A stretch of 64,000 nucleotides of DNA from Vicugna vicugna (lineage: Eukaryota). Positions 14,337-27,150 of the stretch are shown in pieces. The notes below the pieces were generated by a model. That model did not search any database. It had not been told where the DNA came from and worked only from the letters and a program-made list of their open reading frames with translations. A program made the translations under genes and the position numbers. Each line of letters starts with the position of its first letter. The stretch's first letter is position 1. The DNA is taken from the NCBI GenBank assembly GCA_013265495.1, contig MU058418.1:1-64000 (forward strand), written 5' to 3'.

Positions 14337-14975
14337 GTGTGGATGCCAAGCTGACGAGGCACGGACTGCGGTGGCTCTGTACCACGTGAACCGAGCTGAG
14401 CTGGAGCTATGTTTCCAAGAATTCCCTTCCCTGTACAGTTTCAGGTTTGCATTGGCCACAGGAGATGTTTTGCATCAGATTTGGAAGGTGGACATGAAGG
14501 AGTGACCATGGTTTCACTCCCTGGAAGTACCCACAGGGTAGCAGGCACCATGGTTGTCAGTGAATATTGTCACTGACCTGCTGGCTTGGCTTTGTTAGTG
14601 CGAGGCAACACCCAGCCCACGGTTCCTCCAGCTCCTGCCAGTTTCTCTGTGTCCTGGGCCAGGTGTAGGCGTCTGTCACAAAGAGTGCCAGCTTCTCCTG
14701 CAGGTCACCTTGGAATGAAGGCTGGGGGTAGCAAGTTCCAGTTTGTCTTTGCAGTGTCTGTTGGTCCTGGTTTTATTCATTCCCAACTCCCTTCTCAACT
14801 GCCCATCTGGCTGATCTATAGTGACGTCAGCCTCGACTCTAGATGCAGGGCCAACAGTATAGACAGGCAGCTCCCTCAGTGCAAAATAAATACTGGTCCA
14901 AAGATTGGCCCTCTGTCCCCATTATTCCATATCCCTCAAGTGCTTCCGCATCTTTGATCAAACCCCAACTGATAC
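14337..14975 (+). mobile_element. Ancient ERVL-class solo LTR (LTR33/LTR16-like)
   Basis: Starts tgtgtggatgcc, contains gaattcccttccctgtacag...gatttggaaggtgg, ends caactgataca. Confidence 0.6.
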
Positions 14976-16207
14976 AGAATTATGTGCTGATTACCTCTCA
15001 GAGAAGCTATAACTGGCAGAACTGGGAATCTATTGACAACAGAAGATCAAGTGTTAACTGTATATTGATTGGAGTGATGCAAGATGAGCAAGAAATTAAA
15101 ATGCCCTGTGGAGATGCATGAATATATATATATTCTCTACCCTGAACAACAAATTCTAGGCAACACCCGGCCCTTCTACTCTGACACTCAAATATCCTAC
15201 CTGTTCTTCAAACAGGAAGCATCTTTACAAATGCTTAATCATTCTTTACTTGACAAATTCTGTTTTATTTACCTCTCAGGTAAGTCTGCACCACACACCA
15301 CGCCCCAGCCAGACTCGCATACTAGCTATGGGTCAAAAATTTTGCTTAGGTATTTTCCTTCCTCCCACCCTAGACTTGACCTCAATCTTCTATCACTTTG
15401 ATGTTATCTCTCAAACTCGAAACTCTGGGTTCTGAGGTCCTAACTCAGATCCCTGCCTTAGGACACCTAAATGTCACATTCATCTGTGTGCATCCTGGTA
15501 TCTGGACTTCAGAGCCCTATGGACTCTGGTTTGACTTGGCTTTTCAGACCCTGAACCTCCTGGGATTTTGGCAGAAGCCCACAGCCCCAGCTCCTACCAA
15601 AGTCATCTCCTACCTTTGATGACCTGGATGGTGCCACCCAGTGAGAAGGAGGTGTTGGTATCTGGACATCACATGCAGGACCCAACATCCTGGAAGTGGA
15701 GTTAAGCCACTTACAGAAATACAAATTAAGCATCCAAAAAGCTTTGAGGAAATTATACTTCATTCTACCCAACCCAAGGTAATCAGGGGAGTTCTCCTGG
15801 ATTAGGTGACCTTTGTAGGACTGGCACAAATTTAGCTTAACCACAGCTATATGTCGTGGCCCAGGAGCTGAGCTGGGAAGGTAGGAAGGGAAAATGCTTT
15901 GGATAATGGAGAAAGCCAGAGAATTGGAATGTGAGGCCTTATGTAGACAAAAATCAGTTAAACGATTAAAATAATGAAGAGAAAAACAGTAGGGAGGGAA
16001 TACAGGCAAGTTTCAATGTTCTGTTCTAAAAAGAACCAGGGAAACTGTAACCACCAAAAATAAGCCTCCAGTTCATTGAACACTTAAAACTTGTCTTTCA
16101 TAAACTTCTTGCTGGGGTGACAAACACCTGAACAGTAAAAAAGAGGGAAAACTAGACGAACATCAAATCTTAGTCTGTTGCCCCCAGATTGAGAGCACGT
16201 CATTCCT

Positions 16208-16312
16208 GGGGGTGGGGAGAGTAGAGCTCAGCAGTGTGAGGTCCTGGCTTCAATCCCCAGTACCCCCATAAACGAACAGACAAACAAGCCTAGCTGCCCC
16301 CCCACCAAAAAA
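16208..16312 (+). mobile_element. Vic-1-type SINE with internal deletion of the anticodon-arm region
   Basis: gtagagctcagcag joined to tgaggtcctggcttcaatccccagtac; imperfect TSD agagcacgtcattcc (16192-16206) / agagcacaccatttcc (16313-16328). Confidence 0.8.
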
Positions 16313-18499
16313 AGAGCACACCATTTCCACAGAGATGAGAGGCAAGCCCTAGTTCTGAGGCTCTTGGCAGTTCCAGGAAGCGCACATGTTTTCTGGACTC
16401 CCATGAGTGCTCTTGACAGGCTGAGCTGGTGAACATGTCCTAAGAATGCATCTGTGAACAACTTCTCTAGTAAAACACACAGGGAAAAAATCGCTGAAGA
16501 TATTTCTGTTATAAATAAATATAGCACTATATCTTTCTGACTCCTTATGGCAAAGGAGATTTCTCTATAAAACACAGACACACACACAATTTGTAAGGAC
16601 ACCAGCAAAATCACTGTTCCCTCTGAAAACCTGTTTTGACGACGTTTATTATCTAACAAATATAATTCTAGTCGATATGTTTGGAATAAGTTCCACAGAT
16701 CCTCACTATCTAAAATACTCTGATCAGAAATTTTCTCACTCATGGTACTAAAACAATACCTGTCAGATTCATCAGATTAGTTAAAGTAGAGTTGAACTCT
16801 ATGTAGACTTCTTGTAGACCCGTCCAAAGGACTGTGATCCACCACAGGATAGTCAAATCATGAAGCGGTGAAATCATAGTACCGTGCCTCTGAAGTGGAG
16901 CTAAGTGCTAGGAAGCCTTAGAAATGGAGGAGACGCAGGAATATTTTTTCGCATATAACCTGTATAAAGCCGAGATCCATGTGGTTCAGTTTCAGAATGG
17001 TGTCAAAGAAATACAGTCCAGCATAAGAAGGAATTTCAAAGACTCACATTCTTTAGCTGAGGTTCTTGGAAACCATGAAGAGAAGGCCAATATACAGCAC
17101 ACTACAACATTTATCTGCCCGTGTCACTCATAGCAGGCTGCACTTGTTCTGAAGCATCTCTGGCCGCAATTTCCCCACGCCTTTTTCCAAACCAAGTCCC
17201 ACACTTGGGTCTTCCCTCTCTTTCCTTCCTCTCTTTTTCTTTCTCTTGATTGTGTACTTTGATACAACCCCTTCTCCAATAATTAAAAAAGGAATAAAGC
17301 CACTCCCCATTTAGGAAGGGAAGGAGGGAGGAAATTGGACAGGCATGACAGCATTATTTTTGTTATCTGGGAAAGGGAGGGAGGTTGCAGAACAATCTTG
17401 ATTCCACTGAACACCCTCCCTGCCAAAGAGAGATAAGAGAACTTAATTTACACTGAGATCAGGGTGGGGAACCCAATTCTGAGGTAGAAATGAATCCCGG
17501 GCCACACATTCATAAAAAGTGTATCTTACAATCATCTCTGTTGGTTGATGTATTATTTCTTTATTGTAAGAGAGTGAATATAAGATGTTAAACAGCTCAT
17601 GCTTTGAAAATTAAGAGGAGGTTACATAAAACTTGTCTTAGTAAGTGCACCAAATAAAAATAACAATAATAAACTATAAATGCTGATATATAGATATACA
17701 GATATAGATATATAGATACATCCAATTATCTCTCTTACATTTAACAATGTGAATAATAGAGACAAATAACTTGAAGAAGGTCAGATAAAACAATGTTCTC
17801 CCTCACATAAAGGCTACACCCTAAACTGAACAGGGGAAAACATCATGTAATTTATCCCTCGTAAATCCCAGGTACTATGCCAGCTTTTAGAGCCAAACCA
17901 ATGTTCCAACATCTGTGAAACCAATTTTATAATGTTTTAAATCAAAATTTCAAGTAGAATCTTCTTATTGTGCACACACACTGGGGCAGGATTTTACTTC
18001 CTTGATCCAGGTTGGGTCTGGGGAGGGACCCCTTGAGGAATGAGGTCTGCATCTCAACTGCTCAGCTTAGCAGAGGCATCAAAACTGGCAGAGGAGAGAG
18101 GCCAACTCTCCTCTCTCAGAGGGTTGGGGCCCCCACAAATTACTGGAAGCCAGAAAGGTGTGGAGAGAAAGAACAGTGGGAACCTATGTCTGAAGTGGCA
18201 TTTCCAATGGGCATTCAAGCAGCTTCCTTCACCTGTGTGTGGGTAAAGGCCTCCCTTACACAGAACTCACACTTCCCTCTGTGAACTGCTAAGCCAGGGC
18301 AAGATGTGCAGCCTTTGGGAGCAAATAAAATGCCCCCAACTGCAACCTAACTCCCAAACAACTCAGCCCAGCGTTGTGCTTCAAGGGCCCACAGCTCTGC
18401 CCTGCAAAAAAGCCGAAGAGCCCTGCAGCCCAGCCAGTGACTTCATCCTCAAGAGACAAGGACTTGATCCTGGCAGGAGAGTGGTGATGCACTATAGTG

Positions 18500-18863
18500 C
18501 AGTATTAGTCTGCACAAGCTGCTATAACAAATTGTCATAGGCTAGGTGTCTCAAACAGTAGAAATATTTATTTCTCACAGTTCTAGAGGCTACATATTCA
18601 AGATCAAAGTGCCAGCGGGGTCAGGTTCTGAGAAGAACTCTCTTCCTGGTTATGGCCACCTTCTCCCTGGGTCCTCACATGGCAAAGAGAAAGAAAGAAG
18701 CAAGTTCTCTCATGTGTCTTTTTATATGGGCACTAATCCCATTCATGAGGGCTCCATCCTTATGACCCAAACACCCTCCCAAAGGCCTCACCTCCTAATG
18801 TCATCATATTGGGGTTAGGATTTCAACATATGTATTTTAGGGGTAAACAGTCAGTCCATCACA
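18500..18863 (-). mobile_element. MaLR MLT1A-type solo LTR followed by a (CA/CG)n tract to about 18905
   Basis: gtattagtctgc..gctgctataacaaa..atttatttctcacagttctagaggc..ggggttaggatttcaacatatg..cagtccatcaca. Confidence 0.85.
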
Positions 18864-19472
18864 CACACACACGCACACGCACATGCACACGCACGCACAC
18901 ACAACTTACAGACACAGGACTCTAAAGTCACACAGTGTGGATTCTCTTGACAGTCAGCAACATCCTCTGCCTGCCAATCTAAGCAGAGTTCTAGATTAAG
19001 GTCAAAAGTTTTGGGGCTTTGTTTTCAATGAGAGGACACTGCGCTCTGTGAAAGCGGCACCGTAGACTAAAGGCAGCCCTAGAGGTGCTGCTACTTATTT
19101 TCCTGAGGGAACCACTTACCCACTCAGAGCTTCAGTTTGCTCATCTGAAAATTTGGGGATGAGAAAATCCACCTTGTAGGATTTTTATCAATATTTAATG
19201 AGTTAATTAATCTATGAAAAGCAACCAACTAAAAGTGGTAACAAGCGACAGCAGACTTTAGAAAAAGGATTTGCTTGGCTCTACCACATGGTCTCCAAAG
19301 GTGAAAAGAATGAGGTTGGTGAGAAGGCGGTGGCTGGTTACTAACAAGGTTTTGAGAGCTGCCTGCCTGCCAAGTTTAATTTTGAATCTTGGGCTCTTAG
19401 AAGCTTCTATAAAGGGACAAGCCATCACAATGCCGCACCTTGTAGTGCGGCTGGCAAAAATGCTTGTAAAAC

Positions 19473-19636
19473 GGGGAGGGGGTTTGTGTGTAAAGCTCAA
19501 GTGGTAGAGCGCATGCTTAGCATGCATGAGGTCCTGGGTTCAATCCCCTGTGCCTCCTCTAAAAATAAACCCCCCTCCCACCTGCCAAAATAAAATAATT
19601 AAATAATACAATAATAAATGAATTAAATATTTTTTT
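19473..19636 (+). mobile_element. Vic-1-type SINE
   Basis: agctcaagtggtagagcgcatgcttagcatgcatgaggtcctgggttcaatcccc; perfect 15-bp TSD aaatgcttgtaaaac (19458-19472 / 19637-19651). Confidence 0.95.
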
Positions 19637-21928
19637 AAATGCTTGTAAAACACTCAAAGCCTGTTAAAAATTCCCAGCAGATCTCTTCTCCCGGAGCCTT
19701 CCCCACCCCACACCAATGTGCCACTGCACATCTAAGGAAAACAAAGAAGAAATTCTAAAGCACAAAGTAGCAGCCCAACTGTTGCAGTGGTTTCCCCCCG
19801 AGGGAGAATGTGCCTCTTCACACGCTTGGCTGGAGCTGACTGGGAACCAGACTGCATTCACTGAGCAAGTGGAGAAAGATTTGTCTCCAGCCAGGGCAAA
19901 TTATGACATCATCTTTTGGCATTTTAAATATTCGACTGTTTACCTTGAAAAGCCTCTTGCCATTCATTTCTTTTCTAGGTTGAATGGCGGAGGCCGACTT
20001 TCAGCTTGCATTAATTGCAACTCTTAAGGAAAGAAGACTTATCTAACCCATTTGAGAAAAACTGCTCATGGAATATTGGGACGAAGCACTGGAACAGAAG
20101 ACCACAGACCTGGGTTCCGGATAACTCCATCGTGATGACCAGAAACAATCCAGGACACGTTCCAGCCTCCATTTCCTTGTCTGTGAGATGGATGGAGACG
20201 TCCCTAAGGTTGCTTTCAACTCTGAGAGCCACAGAACTTGGGGCAAATGAACCATACAGCTAAGGGCTTGACTGTCACCTGTGGTTTCTGCTCCTTGAAA
20301 GGAGTGGGGATTAGCTATTTAGACACAGGAATGCAGCGCTTTGATTATTCTGGTGTCTGTTTTCACAGGCATTGAAGCTGAACCCACTGCCAGCCGTGAG
20401 ACCTGATGGGACCTCTCCTCTCCTTTGAAAGTGAGTAGGCTTGGCTGATACGTGACACCACAGAGGTGCCCTCTCCAGCCCTGCGGTGATTAAACCCCAT
20501 CTTGTTGCCTACTGGGTGTGTGGCCTTGGTTAACCACAAACCCGCCTAACTGCCTCACTGACAGGCCAGCTGAATGCCGTTACTTCTTAGACAGCCCGGA
20601 AGCGATACGACTAGAAGAGCTACTCAACTGCTAAGATGTTACATTTCTAAAGCCCTGGCTGTAACCCACAGGGACTCCAGGCAAGATAATGTCCCAGCCA
20701 CTTTACTCCTGGATGACATAGAAGTCACCTGGTGTCCTGCGGGTGGCATGGCATAGAGAATGGTGAGTGAAACTAAAGCTCTTGGGGCACTTAACTGAGG
20801 TCCTCTGAGCAGGTGGCAAAGGAAGAAAGCACTGGCCTTACTTAAAAGGGCAATTAAAGTTCAGGGAGGAAAGGAAGTGTTGTTCTTCTTAATTTTTCAC
20901 ACCCTGCCTGACCTCTACCTCCATTCCACAAATAGCCAAGGGTACTGTTTGCTGCCAGCAGAGGTATACGGATCCCTCTGGAAAGCTATGAATGATTTAC
21001 AAGCTGGGTCAATAATTAAGTTGCTGGGGAATGTGTACAAGGCATAATCAACCTTAACTCTTTAAGTCCCAGGAGACACTCCCAGGGCTGGCAAGAGAAG
21101 AATGGAATGGAAACAAAGCAAAATCCACACAGACTTGAGATGCTTTGAGGTAGTAAAGTGTGTCAGTCTGTTATTGGGAAAGGCTGATGAGTAGATGGTA
21201 TTTCCCATCTTGGTCTGAGATGAGATCCAGAACAAAGAAAACACGGTGTATTGGTTAAAGTACCCAAACCCCCCACTTCTCTTCTAGCTGTGTGCTGGGA
21301 GGCTGGGTGGATGCGAGTGGGCCCTTCTCCTGGACTGGCTGGAGCTCCCTCAAGGACCTCTTCTATGACAATTTTAATCATGGAAGACCCAGATGGTTCC
21401 TAAGGGGAAATCACCTACATGTTCGCTTGGGAGAAGGGAGCAGCCTCTCTGTGCCTGGTCCATGGGAGGCGCAGCTCCAGGCATTCACTCCAAATAAGGG
21501 GTCACAGATAAAACCCCTGAAGGGGTCAGCAACAGGACCTGTGCACAGCGTCGAGAAGTTCAGAGAAGTCAGCCAGGTTTGGGGAGGCCTGTCAGGTTGG
21601 ACAGGACTGGACCCAGGCCTCAAATGATGGGTGGGCAAGCGGCAGGACACTTCAGGGACAGACAGTAGCTTCTTCCATATAATCATTCCAGCCACAAATC
21701 CATGCAGAGTCCTGCCTTCCAGAAACCAGACATGGAGTTAGGAGTTGGGGACACATGAGTGAGAGAGAAAGGCAGTGCCTGTTACAGGCTATGTTCCCTC
21801 AGATTCATATGTTGGACTCTTGGAATGGACTCAGTAACTCAGAATGTGACTGTATTTAGAAAGGTGAGGTGATTACATTAAAATGAGGCCATTGGGTGGG
21901 TCCTCAGCCAATCTGACTAGTGTCCTTA

Positions 21929-22663
21929 TAAAACCCAGCAGGACCCTGTGGGGCCCCCCTGGGCACAAAAGCCTTTCCACTTCTTATCGGCAGGAAAAAG
22001 CCTTCAGCCTCCTCAACCTTCCTGAATACCAAAGAGCAGATTCAGACAGTTACTAGTCAGAGAAGTAAAGGAATGCAGAAAGAAGAGAGGAGCTGGGGAA
22101 AGGGGGGAGAGTATAGCACGTGTTTAGCACATACGAGGTCCTGGGTTCAATCCCCAGCACCTCCATCAAAACAAACAAACAAACAAACAAACCTAATTAC
22201 CTCCCCCCTCCAAAAAAAAGAGTAAATAAAACCAAAAAAAATAAAGTATTAAAGAAAAAGAAACAGGAGGAGCAATCAAGAAATGCTAGTGCAGCAACTA
22301 AAGCAGGATCCTGGTTCTTCCTGAAGGGATGTACATAACAGTATCTTTGAGTTCTTCTGCAGGAACTAAGGCCCTCTGCCCAGGTGGAGGATGACAACTT
22401 CAGGCTGAGCACAAGATTCGTGGAGCACCGCCCTGTAACCTCACAGCAACCAATAGAAGAAAGTCACGCAACCTGCAGCCCTCACTCCACATTTTGCCTG
22501 TAAAAACTTCTCCCTGAAAATCATCCAGGAGTTTGGGGGCTTTGAGCATGAGACACCATTCTGCCTGCTTGGCCCTCTAATAAACTTTCTCGGCTCCAAA
22601 TTTCGACATCTGTTTGCTTGGACTCAACTCTTCATGGGGCATGTGAACTTGCATTCAATAACT
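21929..22663 (+). mobile_element. ERV1-type solo LTR nested in MLT1
   Basis: Interrupts the MLT1 motif gtccttataagaag with 4-bp TSD ctta (21925-21928 / 22664-22667); TATA-like tgtaaaaa near 22499 and aataaa near 22579. Confidence 0.75.
22095..22258 (+). mobile_element. Vic-1-type SINE nested in the ERV1-type LTR (A-box partly deleted)
   Basis: gagagtatagc-acgtgtttagcacatacgaggtcctgggttcaatccccagcacctcca, (aaac)n and cctaattacctccccc tail. Confidence 0.88.
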
Positions 22664-24269
22664 CTTATAAGAAGAAACCTGGATACACAGGGAGACAGCA
22701 GGAATGCAGGTGCACAGAAGGAAGACTATGTGAGGATACAGTGAGAAGGCAGCCATATGCCAGCCAAGGAGGGAGACCTCAGGAGAAGCCAAACTGGCCA
22801 ACACCTTGGTCTTGGACTCCCAGCCTCCAGAAGTGTAAGAAAATAAACATCTGCTGTGTAAGCCCCCAAGTCTGTGGTGCTTGGTCATGGCAGCCTGGCA
22901 GACTGACACAGTGCCCCCCTCACAGGGCTTGAGTGTGTGGAGGAAGACAGACAATAATTACACAATCAATTCTTTCATGACCACTGTGCCAGGTACTAGG
23001 AAGGGAAAGGACAGGGTGCTTTGAAGGCACCCAAAGAACAAAAGTGGACAGAGGGAGTCCTGAAGCCCAGCCGCAGAGGCGCAGGGAGCTCAGAGAAGAG
23101 GCGGACCTGGGTGGACCCTGCAAGTGGTGGGCAGAGAGGCTGACCAATGGGGAGCTCCAACTACAGAGCCCCCTGATGTGGCCGGATGAAGTCATGCTCC
23201 ATCTCCACGGCAGTGTGGAGCTATTTCAGGTTTCCAAGCAGAGAAGAAGCACAAGGACAGCAGGACTTTGGGGAGATTTTTCTTGCAGGCACATGCTGAG
23301 GGGCTGCAGGGCTCAAGGCATGGAAAGAGGGGCACAGGGAGGAGGGCTGAACCAAGGTGGGGGCCGGCAGCAGGATAAGAGGGGAGAGACTGCACACAGA
23401 AATCACTGTGAAGAAGTGACAGGTATTGGTGATTGACGGGAAGCTCTTTTTTAATTACCTTGTCCATGCACCGGTCCATCCAGTGATGCTACTGACCTAC
23501 AGGAAGGCCCTCCACAGACCCATCTCCAGGGTCGGTGGTGACCAGGGCGCCCAGTGTCGTGTGAGGGCCTTAAAGACCAAATGGGGAGTTTATCTGATAC
23601 CTTCCTTCTCCATCCCCTGGGTTGTACAGTGCTGAGACCCACAGAGCTTCCCAAACCTGTGCAGTGGGTATCATCTGAACAGTGGTGGGAAGGTACTGAT
23701 CATGGCTTGGAGACTCAGTGAGGATACTTGGACAATGTCCATAAAGTCATATTGCAGATTTCTCTCTGAGGATCTTCCAACATCTTGCTGCATTTTCAGC
23801 TGTTCACAGCCGGGATGGGGGTGGGGGTTGGGTTAAAAAAAAATTCTTAAAGGAACTGAACCTCCCATACCTCCCCATGAAGGGACACTCCTATCTGACT
23901 GACAGAAGTGGCCAGGAGTCGCTTAGATCTGCTGGAAAGGAAATGAAAACAGGAAAAATACTGAGCTAACATTTCAGAGCGCCTGTTGGCAGCCAAAGCC
24001 CATTGACTTGCAGAAACAGCCAGATGGAGAAAGCTGTAGAAAATGTGTCCTGGACTGTCAAGTGCAGGATGAAGTTTGTCACCAATGTGAAGGAGGGGGG
24101 ATGCCAAGCCCCTGGTCAGGAAACCATGGTTCTATAAGCCAAAGTTCACAACTATAGAGAGCTACCAAGGCCAAGGCTACCACTGCAGGGCACAGACAGG
24201 AGAATGTCAGCCTCGTCTGCCCTCCGTCAGTGGCTGATGGCTAATCTGGAGATCAAGTTAGAGACACTG

Positions 24270-24444
24270 ACCTACTGTAGAGCACAGGGAACTATATTCA
24301 ATTTCTTGTAATAACATATAATGGAAAAGAATCGGAAAAGAAAAAATATATATGTATGTATATGTGTAACTGATCACTTTGCTGTACATCTGAAACTAAC
24401 ATTGTAAATCAACTACACTTCAATAAAAAAATTTTTTAAAAACC
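24270..24444 (+). mobile_element. 5'-truncated cetartiodactyl-type L1 3' end
   Basis: acctactgtagagcacagggaactatattcaa...ttgtaaatcaactacacttcaataaaaaa; TSD ta(g/a)agacactg (24259-24269 / 24445-24455). Confidence 0.88.
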
Positions 24445-24754
24445 TAAAGACACTGCTCTCTGAGAAACCCACATTTGAAGTACTAGGTAAAAGCTAATAC
24501 AAGCAGATGTGAATAAAACACAGGCAAGAGAGTCCAGCAACAAATTGTGGCCTGGTGAGTGACCCTAAATGCATCCTCAGGACCCTGCTGGGGATGGGAG
24601 GAGCATTTTTTAAAGAACAGACCATTAAATAAACTATTTGTGCATGGTTGGCAGAGTTTATTATTTTACTATTACTTTAAAAAATCTCTTAGAACTATGT
24701 GGCTTTAAGATGCTTCATTTGCCCTGGACAAAAAAGCTGGTAAATATTATTTGT

Positions 24755-24915
24755 AATCAGTGCTGTCTGAGGACCAGCTTCATTGGCACTGCCCAGGACC
24801 CTGATACAACTAGAGAATGTTAGACCCTAGCCCAGACCTACCAAACCGGAATCTGCCTTTGAACAAGATCTCTGAAAGCTTCACATGCACATTAAAATTT
24901 GAAAAGCACCGCTTT
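24755..24915. mobile_element. MER5-like hAT DNA transposon relic
   Basis: cccagacctaccaaaccggaatctgcctttgaacaagatctc...tgcacattaaaatttgaaaagcac resembles MER5A/B. Confidence 0.6.
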
Positions 24916-24933
24916 AGAGGAAGTTAGGCAACT

Positions 24934-25070
24934 GGGTGAAGGGTAATAGCTCAGTGGTAGAGCATGTGCTTGCATGTACAAGGTCCTAGATTCAATCCTC
25001 AGTACAAGAAAGAAAGGAAGAAAAAAGGAAGAAAGAAAGGAAAAGAAAGGAAGGAAGGAAGAAAAAAGAC

Positions 25071-25133
<63 letters not shown>

Positions 25134-25195
25134 AAGAAAGAAAGAAAGAAAGAAAGATTAAACAAATAAAAATTAAGATCATTTAAAAAAAAAAA
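24934..25195 (+). mobile_element. Vic-1-type SINE whose tail has expanded into a (GAAA)n microsatellite (about 25006-25157)
   Basis: atagctcagtggtagagcatgtgcttgcatgtacaaggtcctagattcaatcctcagtac followed by a purine-only GAAA/GGAA array. Confidence 0.9.
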
Positions 25196-26989
25196 GAAGA
25201 GCTGAAATGGACTGATAGTTAAGTGCTGGCTGGCTTTAAACAAGGAGTGATATTACAGCCAGCTCAGTGCCCACTTCCACTCACTGGGCAGGAGATCTAG
25301 CAACAGCCCCTGGGCTGCATCAAGGTGGCGTAGGCAGTAATGAAGAGGCAGAGGAAGAGGGCCTGGCTTCAGCATCTCAACTCGAAGGACAACACAGAGC
25401 CTCTCCCTCTAGATGCCATCGTACATTCTCACCCTTTGCCCACAGAAGGCCAAGGCCCCTCTGATTATAGCTCATGCAAAGGAACCCCAAGCAATGTAAA
25501 AGAAAACATATATATGTGTGTTTTTCCACTTAACAAAGGGTAATGGGCCTCTTCTGAAACTTGTGCTTGGCGGTATACGCATAGAAGTAATTTTCCTTTT
25601 GCTTACTTTTCCAAAGAAGCTGCACCATGCAGTCGAGCTAATTACTTCGCTTTCAGTCTCGTTGAGCAGTAACTGTTCATGGTATGTAGACTTCCTACCT
25701 GTAAGATTCACTGAGAAAGGGATTTTGTTCATTCAAAGCCGTGCTTAAATCCTGGCTGTCCCAATTGCCATGTGACCCTGGACAAGCCTTTTATTTTCTG
25801 AAATGGAGACAGTAAACCATAAAACGCTGAGTGTTAATTACAATCCATTACTCATCGCTAAGTGGAAGCACAGCAGCGCAGCTTAGCCTGGCCTGACTGA
25901 TAGCAGCCACTATCACCCCAGAGTTACAGTCCAGGAGACTAAAGCTTTCAGAGCTATGGCGCAACATCCTCCAGCGAGAAAGTGACAAAGCCCCAGGATG
26001 GGCGATCCCAGCACCACCTCTCTTAAGACCCCTGAAATCATCACCCTGATGCACAGAAGGCACACAGTCTCTCTCAGTGCCTTCCAATCTGTCTGTAATT
26101 GATGCTCCCACACTTTAAGATGAAATCACAAGTGAACCAGATTTACAAAGGATCATCATCGACAATTTAATGTTAGGAGAGTCATCAATGTTCACATCAT
26201 TTCTCTTACTACCCTTCTGACTGCAAAAGTCATCACTGATATTTTAAATTGTGACCTGTTTGATTTTCACTCTCCTTTGCTTCTGAGTCATTTGATTTTT
26301 CACCCTGGAAAAATCTAACTCTTCATGTCAACAAGAAAATATCTCAAAACAAGATGGTAAAACAAACATACTATTGACTTTTAGACTATAAAATAACTAA
26401 CCTCTCTCTCTCCCTCCCCGCCCCTCTATTCCCGCTCCTCCCTGTTCTTTTTTTTTTTTTTAAATGAAACCAAGCATAGATTCCAGTCACCCAGACTGGA
26501 GAATAAGCATACTCTTAGCTTGAGTGAAACAGAGAAGACTGAAACTAAAAGATTGAATAGACTTGAATTTAAAAAAAAACCAAAACTTTCTCTCAAACAA
26601 TAGCATTTAAGAGAATGCAGCAAAGGTTAGGCATGCCGAGAATGCTGTATTTTCTGGTATCATCTGATTCGCTTTTAAGATAATTAGTGGAGATCAGAGT
26701 ATTGCTTGAATAACAAACACACTTCTGGAGAGAAGCAGGAAGGAGACAGCTGAGAATCCTGAGCAGTAGCTCTGCCGGCTCACCCGCCTTATTTGTATCT
26801 CTAAATTCTCTCTGTGGCTTCAGTGATGTCTGGGTGACCCCAGGGGCAAGACATTGATGTGTGGGTTTGGCAGCATTCAAACTCTCAGTACTTTGCAGGC
26901 ATTACCCTTAACTATGCATCACTCCCCTCTCCTGGGGGAGATACTTGCTAACCCTATCGCAGGAAGAGGGAAATTGCTGCACGCACACT

Positions 26990-27150
26990 CACAGTCCTCT
27001 TAACAATCCAACATGGTGCCTACTATTATTATTCCCATTTTGCAGATGAGGCAACTGAGGTCTTGACAGATTTAGTAACTTTCCCAATACAGTTCAATAA
27101 GTATTGAAGCTGGAGTTAAACCCAGCTCTCTCTGACTTCAGAGTCTGAGC
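26990..27150 (-). mobile_element. MIR SINE
   Basis: MIR core tattattcccattttgcagatgaggcaactgagg..tagtaactttcccaa. Confidence 0.8.

Larger units (their letters stand above)
21780..22910 (+). mobile_element. MaLR MLT1 solo LTR split by an ERV1-type LTR
   Basis: TG...CA termini and 5-bp TSD gtgcc (21775-21779 / 22911-22915); MLT1 motifs cagaatgtgactgtattt, aaataaa and tgtggtgcttggtcatggcagcc. Confidence 0.88.

Noticed and set aside
16228..16743. 171-aa hydrophobic minus-strand ORF resembling a membrane protein
   Set aside because: Its 3' end runs through a SINE, the hydrophobicity follows from T-rich sequence, and no family is recognisable
16760..16831. Extra minus-strand exon to bridge the speculative exon chain
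   Set aside because: Weak acceptor, and its open frame is phase 1-1, so it does not link the 25607 exon to the 14306 exon
24892..25243. Lys/Glu/Arg-rich and Phe/Leu/Ser-rich ORFs
   Set aside because: Translations of the (GAAA)n microsatellite
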